Shown: positions 1-12,529, counted from the stretch's first letter. The stretch: DNA of 64,000 nt from the human T2T-CHM13v2.0 reference genome, Homo sapiens (GCF_009914755.1 NC_060936.1), one strand, 5' to 3'. Numbers and translations are program-made. The notes: generated from the letters alone by a model not told the origin.

Positions 1-138
1 CCTTGTATCAAATGAGACTTTGGCTTGAATTTTTGAGTTAATGCTGGAATGAGTTAAGACTTTGGGGGTCTATTGGGAAGGCATGATTGGTTTTGAAATG
101 TGAAAAGTACATGAGGTTTGGGAGGCTCCAGGGCAGAA
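1..138 (+). mobile_element. THE1 (MaLR) internal region, 3' end with polypurine tract
   Basis: GACTTTGG...TTTTGAGTTAATGCTGGAATGAGTTAAGACTTTGGGGG matches the THE1/MST-int 3' end; purine-rich GGGAGGCTCCAGGGCAGAA directly precedes the LTR. Confidence 0.85.
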
Positions 139-507
139 TCATATGATTTGGCTCTGTATCTTCACCCAAATCCTATCTTGATTTGTAATCCCCATGTGTC
201 CAAGGAGGGACCTGGTGGGAGTTGACTGGATCATGGGGGTGTTTTTCCCCATGCTGTTCTCATGATAGTAAATGATTTCTCATGAGACCTGAGGGTTTCA
301 AAGTGTGGCACTTCCCCTGTGCTCTCTGGTCTCTCTCCTGTCACCCTGTAAGACATGCCTTGTTTCCCCTTTACCTTCTGCCATGATTGTAAGTTTCCTG
401 AGACCTCCCCAGCCATGTCGAACTGTGAGTCAATTAAACCACCTTTCTTTATAAATTACACCATCCCTGGTAGTATCTTTATAGCAGTGTAAAAATGGAC
501 TAATACA
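139..507 (+). mobile_element. THE1D-like MaLR 3' LTR
   Basis: Starts TCATATGATTTGGCTCTGT (consensus TGATATGGTTTGGCTGTGT), contains GCCATGATTGTAAGTTTCCTGAG and ATTAAA, ends GGACTAATACA. Confidence 0.9.
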
Positions 508-519
508 GTAGGTTCTGCA

Positions 520-3500
520 ACGAGCCTCATTTATTCCTATTATTTGTAGTGTGTATGTTTTATTTTTCTTGGTTAGTGTAGCTAAGGATATATCAATTAT
601 ATTGCGCTTTTTAAAGAACCAGCTTTTAGCTGTTTTGACTTCTCTATTTCTTTTATGTTTTCAGTTTTATTGATTTCTGCTTTTTTCTGTATTATTTGTT
701 TCTTTGTGTTTTTAGTTTCTTAAGTAGAAAGTTCAGATCTTTTATATGTGTATGAGTGCATATTTTGTAAAATATTCAAAGTAGTTTCTAATATCCTCTG
801 ACTTATTCTTTTTTAAAAAAAAATTCTAACTTTTACTTTAGGTTCAAGGGTACTTGTGCATGTTTCTTAGGTAGGTAAATTTGTGACTCTGGGGCAAGTG
901 TACAGGTTATTCTGTCACCTGTATACTAAGCATAGTACCTGACAGTTATTTTTTTCTTCTGGATCTCTTTTTCCTCCCACCCTTCTCCCTCAGGTTGGCC
1001 CCAGTGTAACTTCTTCTTGAACCCATAGATTATTTTTAAGTGCATTGTCTAATTTTCAAATATTAGACAATTTTCTAGATATCTTTGGTATTTATGTTCC
1101 AAGAACACACTTTTGTATAATTTGAATTTTTCAAATTTGTTTAGGTTTGTTTTATGACTTTTGAATGTTTTATAGATTTGTCAATGTTCCGTGTGTCTTT
1201 GAAAAGAATGTGTATTCCAATGTTGTAGGATGGACTGTACTGTAATCTAACTGACATTCTCTGATCAATTATTATTATACCTTCTTGGCAAATTGATCAA
1301 TTTTTCATTTTAAAGAGAAGCTTTATCTGTTTTTCTTTATCCTGTATAATCTTTCTTTTTCTGAAGTCTCTTTTTTTCGGATACTACGATAGTCATGCCA
1401 ACTTTATCTAGATTGGTTTTTGAATCATATCATTTCCATTACTTTAATTTTAACCTATCTACATTTAAAGTAGGCTTATTGTAAATAACATAAAGGGAGC
1501 GTTCTGTTTTTTAATCTAATTATTCAAGTTCTCTCTCTTAATTGGTATGCCGTTACGTTTGGACTGATGACATTTAATGTAATAATTGTCTAATAGTCTA
1601 TCATTTGTAGAGCTGTATTCTGTTTACTCTTTGTTTCTTTTCCTTCTTTATTAGGTTATTTTTTATTGAATTTTATAATGAAATTATTTTTTCTCTAGTA
1701 TTCACTTATTTATACTTGTTTTACAATTTTGTTAGTAATTTTTGTTTGGTGTACACTATATATCTTTAATTGCATCTTTATAAAATAATATTAAAATGCT
1801 TCAAAATCTCATTCTCATGTTCTGGTGTGTATAACGTCACAAGAGGTCTGCCATACTTATTATTTTTGTTAATTTTTATTTGCTGTGGCCTTGTTCTTTG
1901 TGACTTTCATGGTTTCCTTTTTATTATCAGTTTGGAGAAGTTTAAATATTATTTGTCTAGGGGGGTGTGTGTGTGTGTTGTTTTTGTTTTACTTGGTGTC
2001 ACTCAACTGGTTGAATCTGTGCTTTTATGTATTTTATTAACTTTGGAAATTCTAAGCCACAATAGTTTTTAAATATGTATCCTTACTGTTCTCTCCTTTC
2101 CTGTGCATATTGTGATTATTTATATGTTAGACTATTGATATTGCACCACAGATCTTGGATGCTCTGTTTTGCTTTCATTCTCTCTCTCTCTCTCTGTCTC
2201 TTTTCTCTCAGTGTTTACATTGGATAATATATATAATTGACTCACCCTCAAGTTTACTTTTTTATTTTATTGGCTCTGATGAGCTTATCAAAGGTTATTC
2301 ATATCTGTCCCTCTTTGATTTCTAGCATTTTCATTTGCTTCTTAGTTTCCATCTCTGTCAAATTCCCTTTCTATTCATGTGTGTTGCTTATCTTCTCCAC
2401 CAAGATTGTTAACATATTGCTAACAATTATTTAAAATTTTCTGGTATTTTAAACATTTCTGTTAACTTCAGTCCAGTTTTGTTAACTGCTTTGTATTTAA
2501 CTGCGTGAGGTTTTTCCCTTGCTTCTTTGTGAGTCTCACAATTTTTTAATAAAAGCCAATATCTTGTGTAAAATAGCAAGTTAGAGGCATTTATGCCTGG
2601 AAATGACACTTTTTTTCTTTCTTAGGCCTTTTGTGCCTGGGTTGAGTCAATCTAGCCAGGAGTTGAATTGGCCTTAGACTTTTTGTTGCTATGTTTACCC
2701 TCTTTGTGCCACAAGCTTCAAATTCTTGTAATATAACCTTGTGTTAAGTGTAAGGCTGACTTGCCAGATGGTTGTTCACAAATATGCATTGCCCCCTTAG
2801 CTTGCTTTAGGTCTTCTTTTTGTGGCGTGTGTGTGTGTGGTTTTTTTCCTCACTCATGTATTTCCCATCTTCCAGCTGTAAGTGTTGTTGTTACTCGGCC
2901 CTCTTTAGGCTGGTTAGTTGGAAATCAGGGTAGTGTTTGCTGTTATTTTACTTCATCCTCAGTGGGTGCTGAGGTTGGGCTTTCTCAATAAACTTGTCCT
3001 CCCCCACTGTTAGATTTTTCTAATAATCTGGCCTCCTGAAGCCTTCCTGCATTTCCACCATGGATAGAGGGTAATAATTTTCTGTTTTACTTTCTTAGAA
3101 GCAATGTGTCTTTACCTCTGGCCTGAGGGTGATAGGGGATGCTGTACATTCCCAGTGGCTTCCCTTAAGGGAGAGAGGGAAGAACTGTCCTAGGAAGGAT
3201 TCTGTCCTTTTGATGCTTTCTGTTGCTGCTCTTCTCCTTCCTTCATCCTGTGTCATAACTGAGATCTCCTCTCATATTTCACCCTTCCCTTGATCTTTCA
3301 TGTAATTCTACAAGTGGCTGTGAATCCCTCTTGTGTCTGCAGTTCCTAGGACTTCTATGCCCTTATGCTAGCCTACACTTAGGCTTTAGCAATTTATTAC
3401 AACTTTCACCTAAATTATTTTTACTGACTTACATCATTTCCTGCATAGACTCCAGGTATGCAAGTATTTGTACCCTGATTCTCCTTGGATTTTTGTCTAT

Positions 3501-3640
3501 TCTTAAATTTCAGGTTAGTTTCTTGTCCTGTAAGCTCTCTGATTTGTTCAAATAATTATAATTTCAGAGAGTGTCTGGATTTTTGTTTTTGTTGAAAAGA
3601 TTAGAGTGTTAACTCTTTCAAGCTTTCTTCATTCTAAGGA
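520..3640 (-). mobile_element. Old L1M element, antisense (ORF2 5' part, ORF1, 5' UTR), heavily decayed
   Basis: T-rich antisense L1 motifs, e.g. TTTTAAAGAACCAGCTTTT (~610) and GAAAAGAATGTGTATTC (1201), then ORF1-like antisense sequence at ~1900-2500; interrupted by a younger L1 at 811-1008. Confidence 0.7.
811..1008 (-). mobile_element. 5'-truncated L1PA (older PA13-16 type) 3' end
   Basis: AACTTTTACTTTAGGTTCAAGGGTACTTGTGCA...CATAGTACC; TSD ACTTATTCTT (801-810) / ACTTCTTCTT (1009-1018). Confidence 0.8.
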
Positions 3641-3704
3641 AAAATAAGTATCTAGTAAAAAGTTTTAAAAAAAATTTATGCTCAAATTTTAATATTTTAA
3701 GAAA

Positions 3705-3811
3705 ATAAATATCACTTTGGCTGGTTATAGAGTATGAATATGTGGGGTACAAATTTAGAAACAGAAATAAACATTAAGAATCAATAGAGAAAATTCTGGC
3801 CAGAGATGATG
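3705..3811 (-). mobile_element. L2 fragment, left half of the L2 interrupted by the ERV
   Basis: ATCACTTTGGCTG...GGCCAGAGATGATG resembles L2 antisense AAGATCACTCTGGCTG...CCAGGCGAGAGATGATG. Confidence 0.6.
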
Positions 3812-4758
3812 CAGATGCTAATTGGAACTCCAGCCCCTTATGCCTTACTATATACATTTTGTTCCTATTATGGGCCAAGTTTTCATGTGGCTTTTGAAGC
3901 AATTTATTTGCCTGCATGGGTCCTCACTCTTTGGCCCTTTGAGGATTCTGCCAACTTCCTTTTTTTTTTTTTTTTTAGTTTGTAATCCTTTGGGAAGAGG
4001 GAAAATTCTTTCTTTGCCATTTGTGAGTTCTTATCCCAACCCTCAAGTTCTCCAGAGGTTACTATTTTATGTAAAGAGGGCAAATAAACATTGCCCTCTG
4101 GAATCCAAGGGCTGCTATTTTTGCAAGCATATGAAGGCTTTCCATGAGTATTTTTCTCGCTTTCTCCCACTTCCTCCTGTACCCTCCATTCCTCTAATCA
4201 CTTCAATGCCCTTCTCAATATGCATCAAGACCTTTAAGATCATATTTGAAGGTTGGGGAATCCTGCTGCCTTGTGTCAGTTAGTTGAAAAACAGGCTTCT
4301 TATCTACTTAAAGAACACGAGACATGGGAATTTGACAAAAGAGATAATCATTCTGTTGCTAGTATGCTCTGATTGAGAGTCACTATAAGGTCACAGAGAC
4401 AAGAATATAGGACAGCCCAAGGCTGCAGGTGCAAGAGACCCATAGGACAGAGATGAAGGTTGGGACCCATCTAACAGATTAGAACAGAGATGAAGGCAAT
4501 GTTAGGGGTACATGGTAAGACTGGTTTATTCCAGGTCCCCAAGGATAAAAAGGAGAGGGACTTCTGTTCACTTTGGTGTCTCCTCTGATCTCAAGTGGGT
4601 AATTGTGATGATTGGACCAAAGTTAAGGGTACAGTAAAACTGATTCATTCTGGAAACCTAAAGATGAATAAGAGATGCCCCATTCAGGATAATAGGAAAG
4701 TACGAAGAGATGCCTTCTTTTGCTTTTTTCTTTTTGGTCCTCTGTTCTCTCTTTGCAA

Positions 4759-6155
4759 ATAGGTAATTTGGTCTCCATACCACAGGACGCACCCCTCGGA
4801 TGCATCCTCAAGAACTGGGGAAAAGTGTGATCCTCAAACACTAAAAATGAAAAGCTTAATATTTTTCTGTAACACAGCATGGATTGAATATAAGCACTGG
4901 GGCCAGGCATCTTGGCTTGAAAGTGGAAGCCTGAATTTTAATACTAACAACTAGATTTGTTTTGTCTCCAGCAAGGAACGTGGACAGAAATGATAGCAGC
5001 CATAGTCAGGCAGCCCCCTCTAGTTCATTCAGCAGACCCTTTATTGGGTTTACCCAGGGTTCAAGCCTCAGAGGAACCAAGGGAGGACTTAATTCAAACC
5101 CCACTGCCAATTCTGCCTCATTATATCCAAGTCTTTCAGCCCTGGAGCCTTCCCTGCCCTACCCAGGGCTGTCCTCTGGACTCCATCTCCTTCAAGACGT
5201 AACTGGCCTCACTGGACCCGCTAGAGTCCAGACATTCACTATGCAAGTCCTGAGCCCAATTAACGTGGAACTAAGGAAGTTTATGGAGGACCTTGACAGA
5301 TACATTGAAGGGTATTTGTAAACTGGGCTTAACATTTGAACCGACCTGGAGGGATCTCTCAGACATACTAGGGCAAACACTGTGCAAGAAAGAACATGAT
5401 TCCATTATGGAGGCAGCCCAACAATTGGCAAATGCAATGCATATGACTGACCCTGGCGGCTACCTGTAGGAGCCACCACAGTTCCCCAGGTTGACCCCAA
5501 TTGGTATTACAATACCCAGGGTGATATATGGGCAAGGAACCACATGTTCCTCTGTGTGATTGAAGGAATGAAAGCTAACAGAGAAAAGCCTGTGAACTAT
5601 AATAAATTGGCCTTAATAGATTAAGGCCCTCTTGAAAACCCCACTGCTTTGCTAGAGAGGCTACAAGAGGCTCTGGTGAAATATACTAACTTAGACCCAG
5701 AGACACCAGAAGGGCAACTGGTCCTAAAGGACCATTTCCTAACTCAGGCAGCTTCAGATGTTAGGAGGAAACTCCTAAAGCTAGCACTGGCCCCCAATAC
5801 CCCTGTGCCTGATATTCACAAAATAGTTTCCTCAGTCTTTTACCACCAAGAGCATGAAGAAGAAAAAATGGCTCAGGAAAGGGAGAAGTAAAATGGAAAG
5901 AGGCAGGCTCAACTATTTGCTGATTTATAAGCTCTCCAGCCTCCTCCAGGTTGCCCTCAGAATATCATTCCAGGTAATCGCCACTGATGTGAGAAGCCAG
6001 GCCACTGGAAAACAAACTGCCCCAGTGGGATAAATGGAAAAAAGACCCACACAGCTTGACCCCTCTGCCACAAGCTCAACCACTGGAAATGGGACTGTCC
6101 TGAGGGCTGAAGAGCCCCTGCGACAGAATCCCAATCCCTGATGGCCTCGAATTGA
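4759..6155 (+). pseudogene. gag: Endogenous gammaretrovirus-like gag, disrupted
   Basis: ATA (mutated start) followed by GNLVSIPQDAPLGCILKNW; IFFCNTAW; MHR-like D*GPLENPTALLERLQEALVKYT (ORF 5649-5891); two decayed CCHC knuckles (CEKPGHWKTNC, PLCHKLNHWKWDC); multiple stops and frameshifts. Confidence 0.9.
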
Positions 6156-6540
6156 AGGAGCTCTACACTCCAGCCTTCTTCCAAATTAGACATTGTCATC
6201 AACAGGACAAAGTCAAGGGCAATTCTGAAAGCAGCAAGTAAAATTATAAGTTTCTCTTTTGGGTTTAAGAGCTGCCTACTCTGTGCTAGTCTCTTTCTCT
6301 GAGCAAGTCTTTTCCAAATCCTGTCTGGTAATGGGAGCAAATCAAACCCCCTCCCTCCAAAAGAAAAGATTCACACCCCTTTATATTACTTAAGAAACTA
6401 ATTACCATTCTCCTACCAGTCCCTAGTAATGTCTAAATACCCCACACTTCTCTGGGGCCAAGATATACTTTCCAAAGTGGGTACCTGCTTAATGCTTCCC
6501 CAATCTCTGAATTCACCTTTCCATCTAATAGCTGTATTTT
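6156..6540 (+). pseudogene. pro: Retroviral protease remnant
   Basis: TTTCTCTTTTGGGTTTAAGAGCTGCCTACTCTGTGCTA is a decayed FLxDTGAAYSVL; PTLL(W)G(Q)DIL-like motif at ~6440-6470. Confidence 0.7.
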
Positions 6541-6579
6541 TCCTGGGGAAGATTCCAAAAACGTTAACCAATAACTTTA

Positions 6580-6775
6580 GCCTGGATGGTCCTGCCTCAG
6601 GGGTTTAGAAATACTTCACATTTATTTGGACAAACTCTAGCAAAAAATTAACCAATCAATCTCTTGAGGGATGAAACTTCTAGAGTATATAGATTATCTC
6701 CTTATCTACTCTCCCTTCACAGGAGTCAACACAGAACCACACAGTACAAACCTTAATTTCCTAACAGGAGGAAAA
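6580..6775 (+). pseudogene. pol: Isolated reverse transcriptase core fragment; rest of pol not recognisable
   Basis: WMVLPQGFRNTSHLFGQTLA at 6583-6642 and LEYIDYLLI (YIDD motif mutated) at 6680-6706. Confidence 0.85.
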
Positions 6776-7570
6776 TGACTCTTGTCTAACTTAAAGATTA
6801 TAAAAGTAAACAGGTATTTTGGGTAAAGAATGTTGTTAAAGACAGATTTCATATGAAAAAGGATCTTGTATGGTAAATTCATATCCTAAAGTAAAATAAC
6901 TGGTTGTTTAAAAATAGAGATGTTTAGGACCAGTCAGAAAGTCTAAGCATGCTGCAGATGGTCAGTGTAAGTCATAAACAAAATTGTAAAAGGGAATTTA
7001 TAAAAGAAATATTACATAATTTTAAAGGTTATTAGGCCTACTAAATACTGCATATACTGCTGCTACGACTCTTAACTATACAATTTACCTGCTTTAAAGC
7101 TAGTTAAGGCCTGAAACGGAAAGAGTTAGCCATTTCCCCCAGCTGTGCTGGAAAGAGTCAAGCCTTATCTTCACTTCTGTCTGGTGTCCTACGCTGAAAA
7201 CTTAGTATATAATTAGAGTCATTTACTTAGCAGATTTTTCACCAAAAGTAAAAGTTCTAACAGTGTAACATGTACTTGAGACTACTGGAAAAAACAGTTT
7301 ACATGCAATGCATGTAAGGAAAGTACAATGTGTTTTTGATAAAATATCATAAAAAGACATGGGAATGTGGATTTTTCTTGCCTAGTTTAGAGGGTTAAAG
7401 GATTGTTTTAAGTTAAATAGGATAAAGCTGAAGGGTTGAGAAACTTGTGGAAAGTTTTTAAAAGATTCATCTTATAAAAGAAATTCTGTGTGTTACTATA
7501 TTAGTTGAAGTTAAAGAGATACTCTTCAGTTTATCCAATATTGAACATTGGAATAAAAATACATTTCTTA

Positions 7571-7987
7571 ACTTTTATTTTAAGTTCAGGGGTACATGTG
7601 CAAGTTTGTTAGATGGGTGAACTTGTGTCATATGGGTTTGTTGTACAGATTATTTTATCACCCAGGTATTAAGCCTAATACCCATTAGTTATTTTTCCTG
7701 ATCCTCTCCCTCCACCCTCCAATAGGCCCCAGGGTGTGTTGTTTCCCACTATGTGTCCATGTGTTCTCATCACTTAGCTCCCACTTTGAAGTGAGAACAT
7801 GCGGTATTTGGTTTTCTGTTCCTGTGTTAATTTGCTAAGGATAATGACATTCAGCTCCATCCATGTCCCTGAAAAAAACATGATCATGTTTTTTTATGGC
7901 TGTATTCCATGGGCTATATGTATCACATTTTCTTTGTCTAATCTATTATTGATGGCCATGTAGGTTGATTTCATGTTTTTGCTATTG
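7571..7987 (-). mobile_element. L1PA (older PA13-16 type) 3' end inserted into the ERV
   Basis: ACTTTTATTTTAAGTTCAGGGGTACATGTGCA...GTGAGAACATGCGGTATTTGG; degenerate TSD ending TTTCTTA on both sides. Confidence 0.9.
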
Positions 7988-10004
7988 ACAACACAGTTTT
8001 CTTAGAGCATTGTTCTGTTCTTTAACAGAAAATTAGAAAAGATTATAGGAGGTGTATGAGAATCATACCTTATGGTCAAACTTATTAAAATTGAATAGAT
8101 TTGTCTATAAGGATTTGTTAAGAGTTGAGTTTGACATCAATAGTACACTAATGCAAAGGTAACATTTGGGTTTCTTTGGACAGTACTTGTATAAATATGT
8201 TATTGTTAGGTGTTCCAGAATTACTCAAAACTCTTATAATTCTGATATAATTTAGTATAGGTTATCAGTAATAATTATAATTGTTATGTTAAATTATTGT
8301 GTGCCACAGAAGTAACAAATATATTTGTCAATTGTTTTTGACTGTGGCTGTCCTAAGATGTTTTGTCATCTATGGACAATTATTGCCTTGTTTTGATCCT
8401 CTTTAGACGGTGACTCTATAATCAGCTATAGAGCTCTAACAGGTGTTTGAATGCAAGGTTCTGATAACTTTGGAGATTATGACATTAAAATAGAAAAAAA
8501 AACTTTTAGGACTCTCATGGAGAGCTGAAATGTTCATGAATATCAAGCGGAATAAGCATTAACTTCATATACTTAACCAATAGGAGACTAAAATAATACG
8601 TTTATGACGTTTTGCATAAAATGTTGCTAATCTTTTGTTTTTCAAAGCCAAGAAACTTTTCTTTTGAGCTATTTACAGCTTTTAACAATTGAATAGACTA
8701 CTATAAACAAAATTTGGAACATATTTGTTTCTCTCTACCTGATTTCTCCAGAATTTGGAAACTATTTCTGAGTATTCTTAATTTATGGCAATACATTTAT
8801 TTACTTAAGTGTAATAGTAATCCATTTTCTTTTGCAAGAAGACACAATTTGAGAAACTTATTTTACCAAGATTTTGACTGGAATGACATGCTTTCTTTTA
8901 AGGAATTAAATCTGACTTATAGTGCCAATAAAAGCCCATTGGGAAAACTGACCTCATACTTTGTCTACACAGTCCCAGCACAGGCTCCTGACCTATGGTA
9001 AGTTAAGAATATCACTTTATAACAGGCCCTGGGGCCCTAAGTTATCATGGAATCTCAAGAGGAGAGGAATTTACCTAAATTACACAGGTATTTTATGGCA
9101 TTAACCCATGGCTGGGCTTAAGGCTTTAAAAAAGTCCTATCTGAGATTCCTTAGGAAACAAACTTCCATCAAAGCCAAGTTAAAAAGGAGGCTACATGGA
9201 AAATAATTACTCTTGTTGTGCTTTATGCAAATAATCTGGACAAATATAATAAGACTAAGGCTTATTTTGCAAACAAATAAATCCTGTCGTGACTTATTTT
9301 TAATAAAAAATGATGACCAAAGAGAGAAAAACTATGTTTCAAGAACCATGGTATACCTGTTTTTAGATTCTAGTTTCATCAGTTGTTCACAAGTTTTTGT
9401 CAGCAGTTTAAACTAACCCTGCTTATTTCTGTGAACCAACCACTGATCTCTGGCTGAAGCTCAGAAGAAACAAGAGGGATGGATAATGTAAAAATTTGGA
9501 TCAATATTCTAAGTATGAACACATACTAGAATCGGCAAGCAACCCCATCCCCCCATGAATGTAGCTTCCAGCTACCTGAGCATGTCAGCATTCTATAAAT
9601 TTTTTAGAGCTGTAATCACCCCCTTATTTCATTTTGACATTCTTCTAAATCTAATAACCTTTTTTGTCTCTCTCACCTTCATGCCATCAAGCTCCAAATG
9701 ATTCTCAATAAGGACACTATCCTCTCAATATTCAAGAGTCACCCTTCTACACAGTGTGCCTACGTTGTCCATTAGCGAGGCATGTCAGAAGTAAAATCTA
9801 TCTTACCCCTGTCTTCCGTGGTCCTGGCTGGATACCACTTTCACCAACCCACAGAGCTACTCTCCTTCCTTGACAGCTAACAAGAGGCCAAGACCAACAG
9901 ACAAGCCACCACTACCACTCTGTTAGCAGGAAGCAGTTACAGAAGACCAACCTTTGTCTAATTTCCCCCAAATAATTAGGGTCTTGGACTCTTGAGGGGG
10001 AAAA

Positions 10005-10712
10005 TGTTACAGAAGGTAACTAGTCAGGCATGAGTTGGTAGGTGAAGCCCCTCCCATCCCCATCACTAGGAATGTCAAGAGACCATCAGGTGATGGTCAA
10101 GCAGTTAACTCTCTCTCTAAAATAGTAATTGATCATAGCTAGCACCATGGAAAGGCAGTCTCCCAAAAGAAAAAATAAAAAGAAACTAAAACTGGTGATC
10201 AGCAGCTTCTCAATAAGATATCAGGAGTTGGGCAAGTGGGCTCAAGCATGTGCATTAAGAGGCAAAATGGCAGTTTAACTGGTGTACGAACTTCTAGGGA
10301 CATTCAGCTGGCAAGGGAGGAATGCCTCAATGGGGCATGCATACAACTCCAGTAAACACACTACGAATACTCACCTCCCAAGTGCAGGCGGGCCACTGTG
10401 CATTTGTACAGCCCACACCAAAGGAAGAATCAGGGGAGAAGAAATGCAGACCCCAGAAGCATGCCAACATATAAAATCCCAAGTCAAAGCTCAAACCATG
10501 CACGTGATGTCTCAAGTCACCTGCTTGGCCCTCTTCCAGGTGTACTTTACCTCTTGTAATTCCTGCCATAAAACTTTTTAATAAATCTTCACTCCTGCTC
10601 TAAAACTTGCCTGGTCTCTCCTTCTGCCTCATGCCTCTCAGTTGAATTCTTTCTTCTGAGGAGGCGAGAATTGAGGTCGCTGCATACACATACAGATTCA
10701 CGACCAGTAACA
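10005..10712 (+). mobile_element. MER50-like ERV1 LTR
   Basis: Perfect terminal inverted repeat TGTTAC...GTAACA; preceded by PPT; TATA-like CATATAAAA (~10468); AATAAA at 10580-10585; matches recalled MER50 motifs (GACCATCAGGTGATGGTCA, GAGGCAAAATGGC). Confidence 0.85.
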
Positions 10713-10716
10713 TACT

Positions 10717-10736
10717 TAGTGCCTCATGACTTGGAT
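10717..10736 (+). other. tRNA-His-type primer binding site-like sequence downstream of the LTR
   Basis: TAGTGCCTCATGACTTGGAT vs canonical TGGTGCCGTGACTCGGAT (2-nt insertion plus three transitions), 4 nt after the LTR CA. Confidence 0.7.
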
Positions 10737-10752
10737 ATGTTCCATAGCTACA

Positions 10753-10922
10753 ATATCATTTTAGATGTAATGAGGAAAAAATAAAGGGAAGTGGACAGAT
10801 TTTAGGAATATTTTTGGATTAGAATATATAGGAACTTGATTGGATATGGCTTATTAGAGAGAGGATTGTTAATGATCAACAGGTTTCTTTTTAAACAATG
10901 GAAAATAGTGATGTCTTTTACT
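10753..10922 (-). mobile_element. L2 fragment, right half continuing 3705-3811
   Basis: GAAGTGGACAGATTTTAGGAATATTT...GGAACTTGATTGGATATGG is the L2 antisense sequence that follows GAGATGATG. Confidence 0.6.
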
Positions 10923-10923
10923 G

Positions 10924-10946
10924 GTGTGTGTGTGTGTGTGTGTGTG
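10924..10946. repeat. (GT)n microsatellite
   Basis: Direct observation. Confidence 0.95.
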
Positions 10947-12488
10947 GTGGGGGATGTTGTGTAGCTAGAGTAAGATAGAGCACTAGTTACTGGAACTTAC
11001 GTAGGAAACCCCAGAGCACAGGAATTGTCACATAACAGTCTATGCATCTATTCAGCATGTGTGCATACTACAATTCAGGAACCCCAAGTTCTTTCACCTT
11101 ATAACTCTGTCATCTTCTACGATTTCAGAATTCTTCTTTTTTAGACATTGGATGAAGAATTAGATAGCAGAAAAGACACCCACTTCATTGCAATTTTGGT
11201 CAAGAAATGACAGACAGTAGTCTGCATAAGAATATACCACTTTTGATCAGAACGAATTAGTTGAAAGGTCATGCCAACGTTTTTGAGAAGGACCTAAAAT
11301 AATTCATCTTTATTTTAGCATATTTGTCCATGCCTCCCAAGAAATATCTACCACCCAAGTTTGTGTGTCTCTGTTTTATGTACTGTATTTTATATAGCTA
11401 CTTCTTAGAAACCTTTCACATACACTAAAGTAAAATCTTTGATTTCTTTTTTTTAATGAAAAAATACAGAGCAAGTCTAATGACTTTGAGTTTAGGGCTT
11501 TAATTTTATACATCTCTTTTCTGATTCAATTCAATTTGAGATGCTTACGGTACTATTTACTTTCATATTTCATAAGTTTCCTATTTAAATGTTATATAAT
11601 TTTAGCATATTCTGTAATTAAATCAGCTTAAATTTTTGCTGCATGTTAAGAAAAATGGAAATAGCATGCCATTCTTAGACTACAAAAGATTAAAATCTGT
11701 ATTTTTTCTTTCCAAATTAAGCTTTGTAAATGTTAAATGAAGTTTTAATTATTAAAACTAAATAGTAATCTGGAATTCAGAAAGCTTCTTTGCTTCTACC
11801 TCAATAAAATTTTATGCATTTTCAAAATGCATTTTCAAAGTGGCAAAAATAAATTTAATAATTCAGTGTTTAAATGACTGTCATTTAATGTCTCACACTT
11901 GAAAAAATCTGTAATGAGAAATACATTTCTATTTGTATACATACATTTGTATACATTTGCATTACAGCCTAGAGTAAAACTGGAAAAAACATGGAATTCA
12001 TGGGACATCAACTATATACCAGGCTCTATGTGAGACATTACTGATACAAAGATAAATAAATTAGAATCCTAATCTCTAGAGAACTTGAAGCCTGAGTAGA
12101 AATAATGTAATCTTTTTGTCACACAGATTGTTGCTTCTACGAAGCATACAGATTTTACAAAACTATTTATATTTTTACTAGTATAAAATTATAGATGCAT
12201 TTGTAAATACAGAGTTAGCTCTCTCACCATAGCAAAAATTTAGGAATTTATATTCTGTAGAGGTAGAAATAGAATATAAATGAACATCTTCTTCTCAGCA
12301 TCAAGAGTAGGCCTGTTTATACGAGTTTTTCCCATTTTTATCATATTAACCTGACACCTGCTACCAATCAGTCATTCCATCAAAGAGTCATTTATTTACA
12401 GGTTGGCAATAGTGTTGATTAAATAAACAGTCAATTGTTATGCAATTAATTCTGTCCATTTGATCATGCTTGTAAATACTACTTTGAT

Positions 12489-12492
<4 letters not shown>

Positions 12493-12529
<37 letters not shown>
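12493..12529. repeat. (TA)n microsatellite
   Basis: About 18 perfect TA units. Confidence 0.97.

Larger units (their letters stand above)
3812..10004 (+). mobile_element. ERV1 (MER4-group, MER50-int-like) internal region: leader, gag, pro, partial RT, non-coding 3' region, env remnant, PPT
   Basis: Recognisable gag/pro/RT motifs at 4759-6710; env C-terminal AIKLQM-like GCCATCAAGCTCCAAATG (~9683); PPT GAGGGGGAAAA abutting the LTR at 10005. Confidence 0.85.

Noticed and set aside
3822-4283. 153-aa ORF
   Set aside because: Lies in the ERV leader, starts at TTG, includes poly-F from a T run, and has no recognisable domain.
4957-5891. ORFs with Gag similarity as an intact or domesticated gene
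   Set aside because: Start codon is mutated and there are multiple stops and frameshifts, including in the MHR and zinc knuckles.
9560-9990. Possible env/syncytin-like gene
   Set aside because: Only a short C-terminal remnant; no ORF, furin site or immunosuppressive domain visible.
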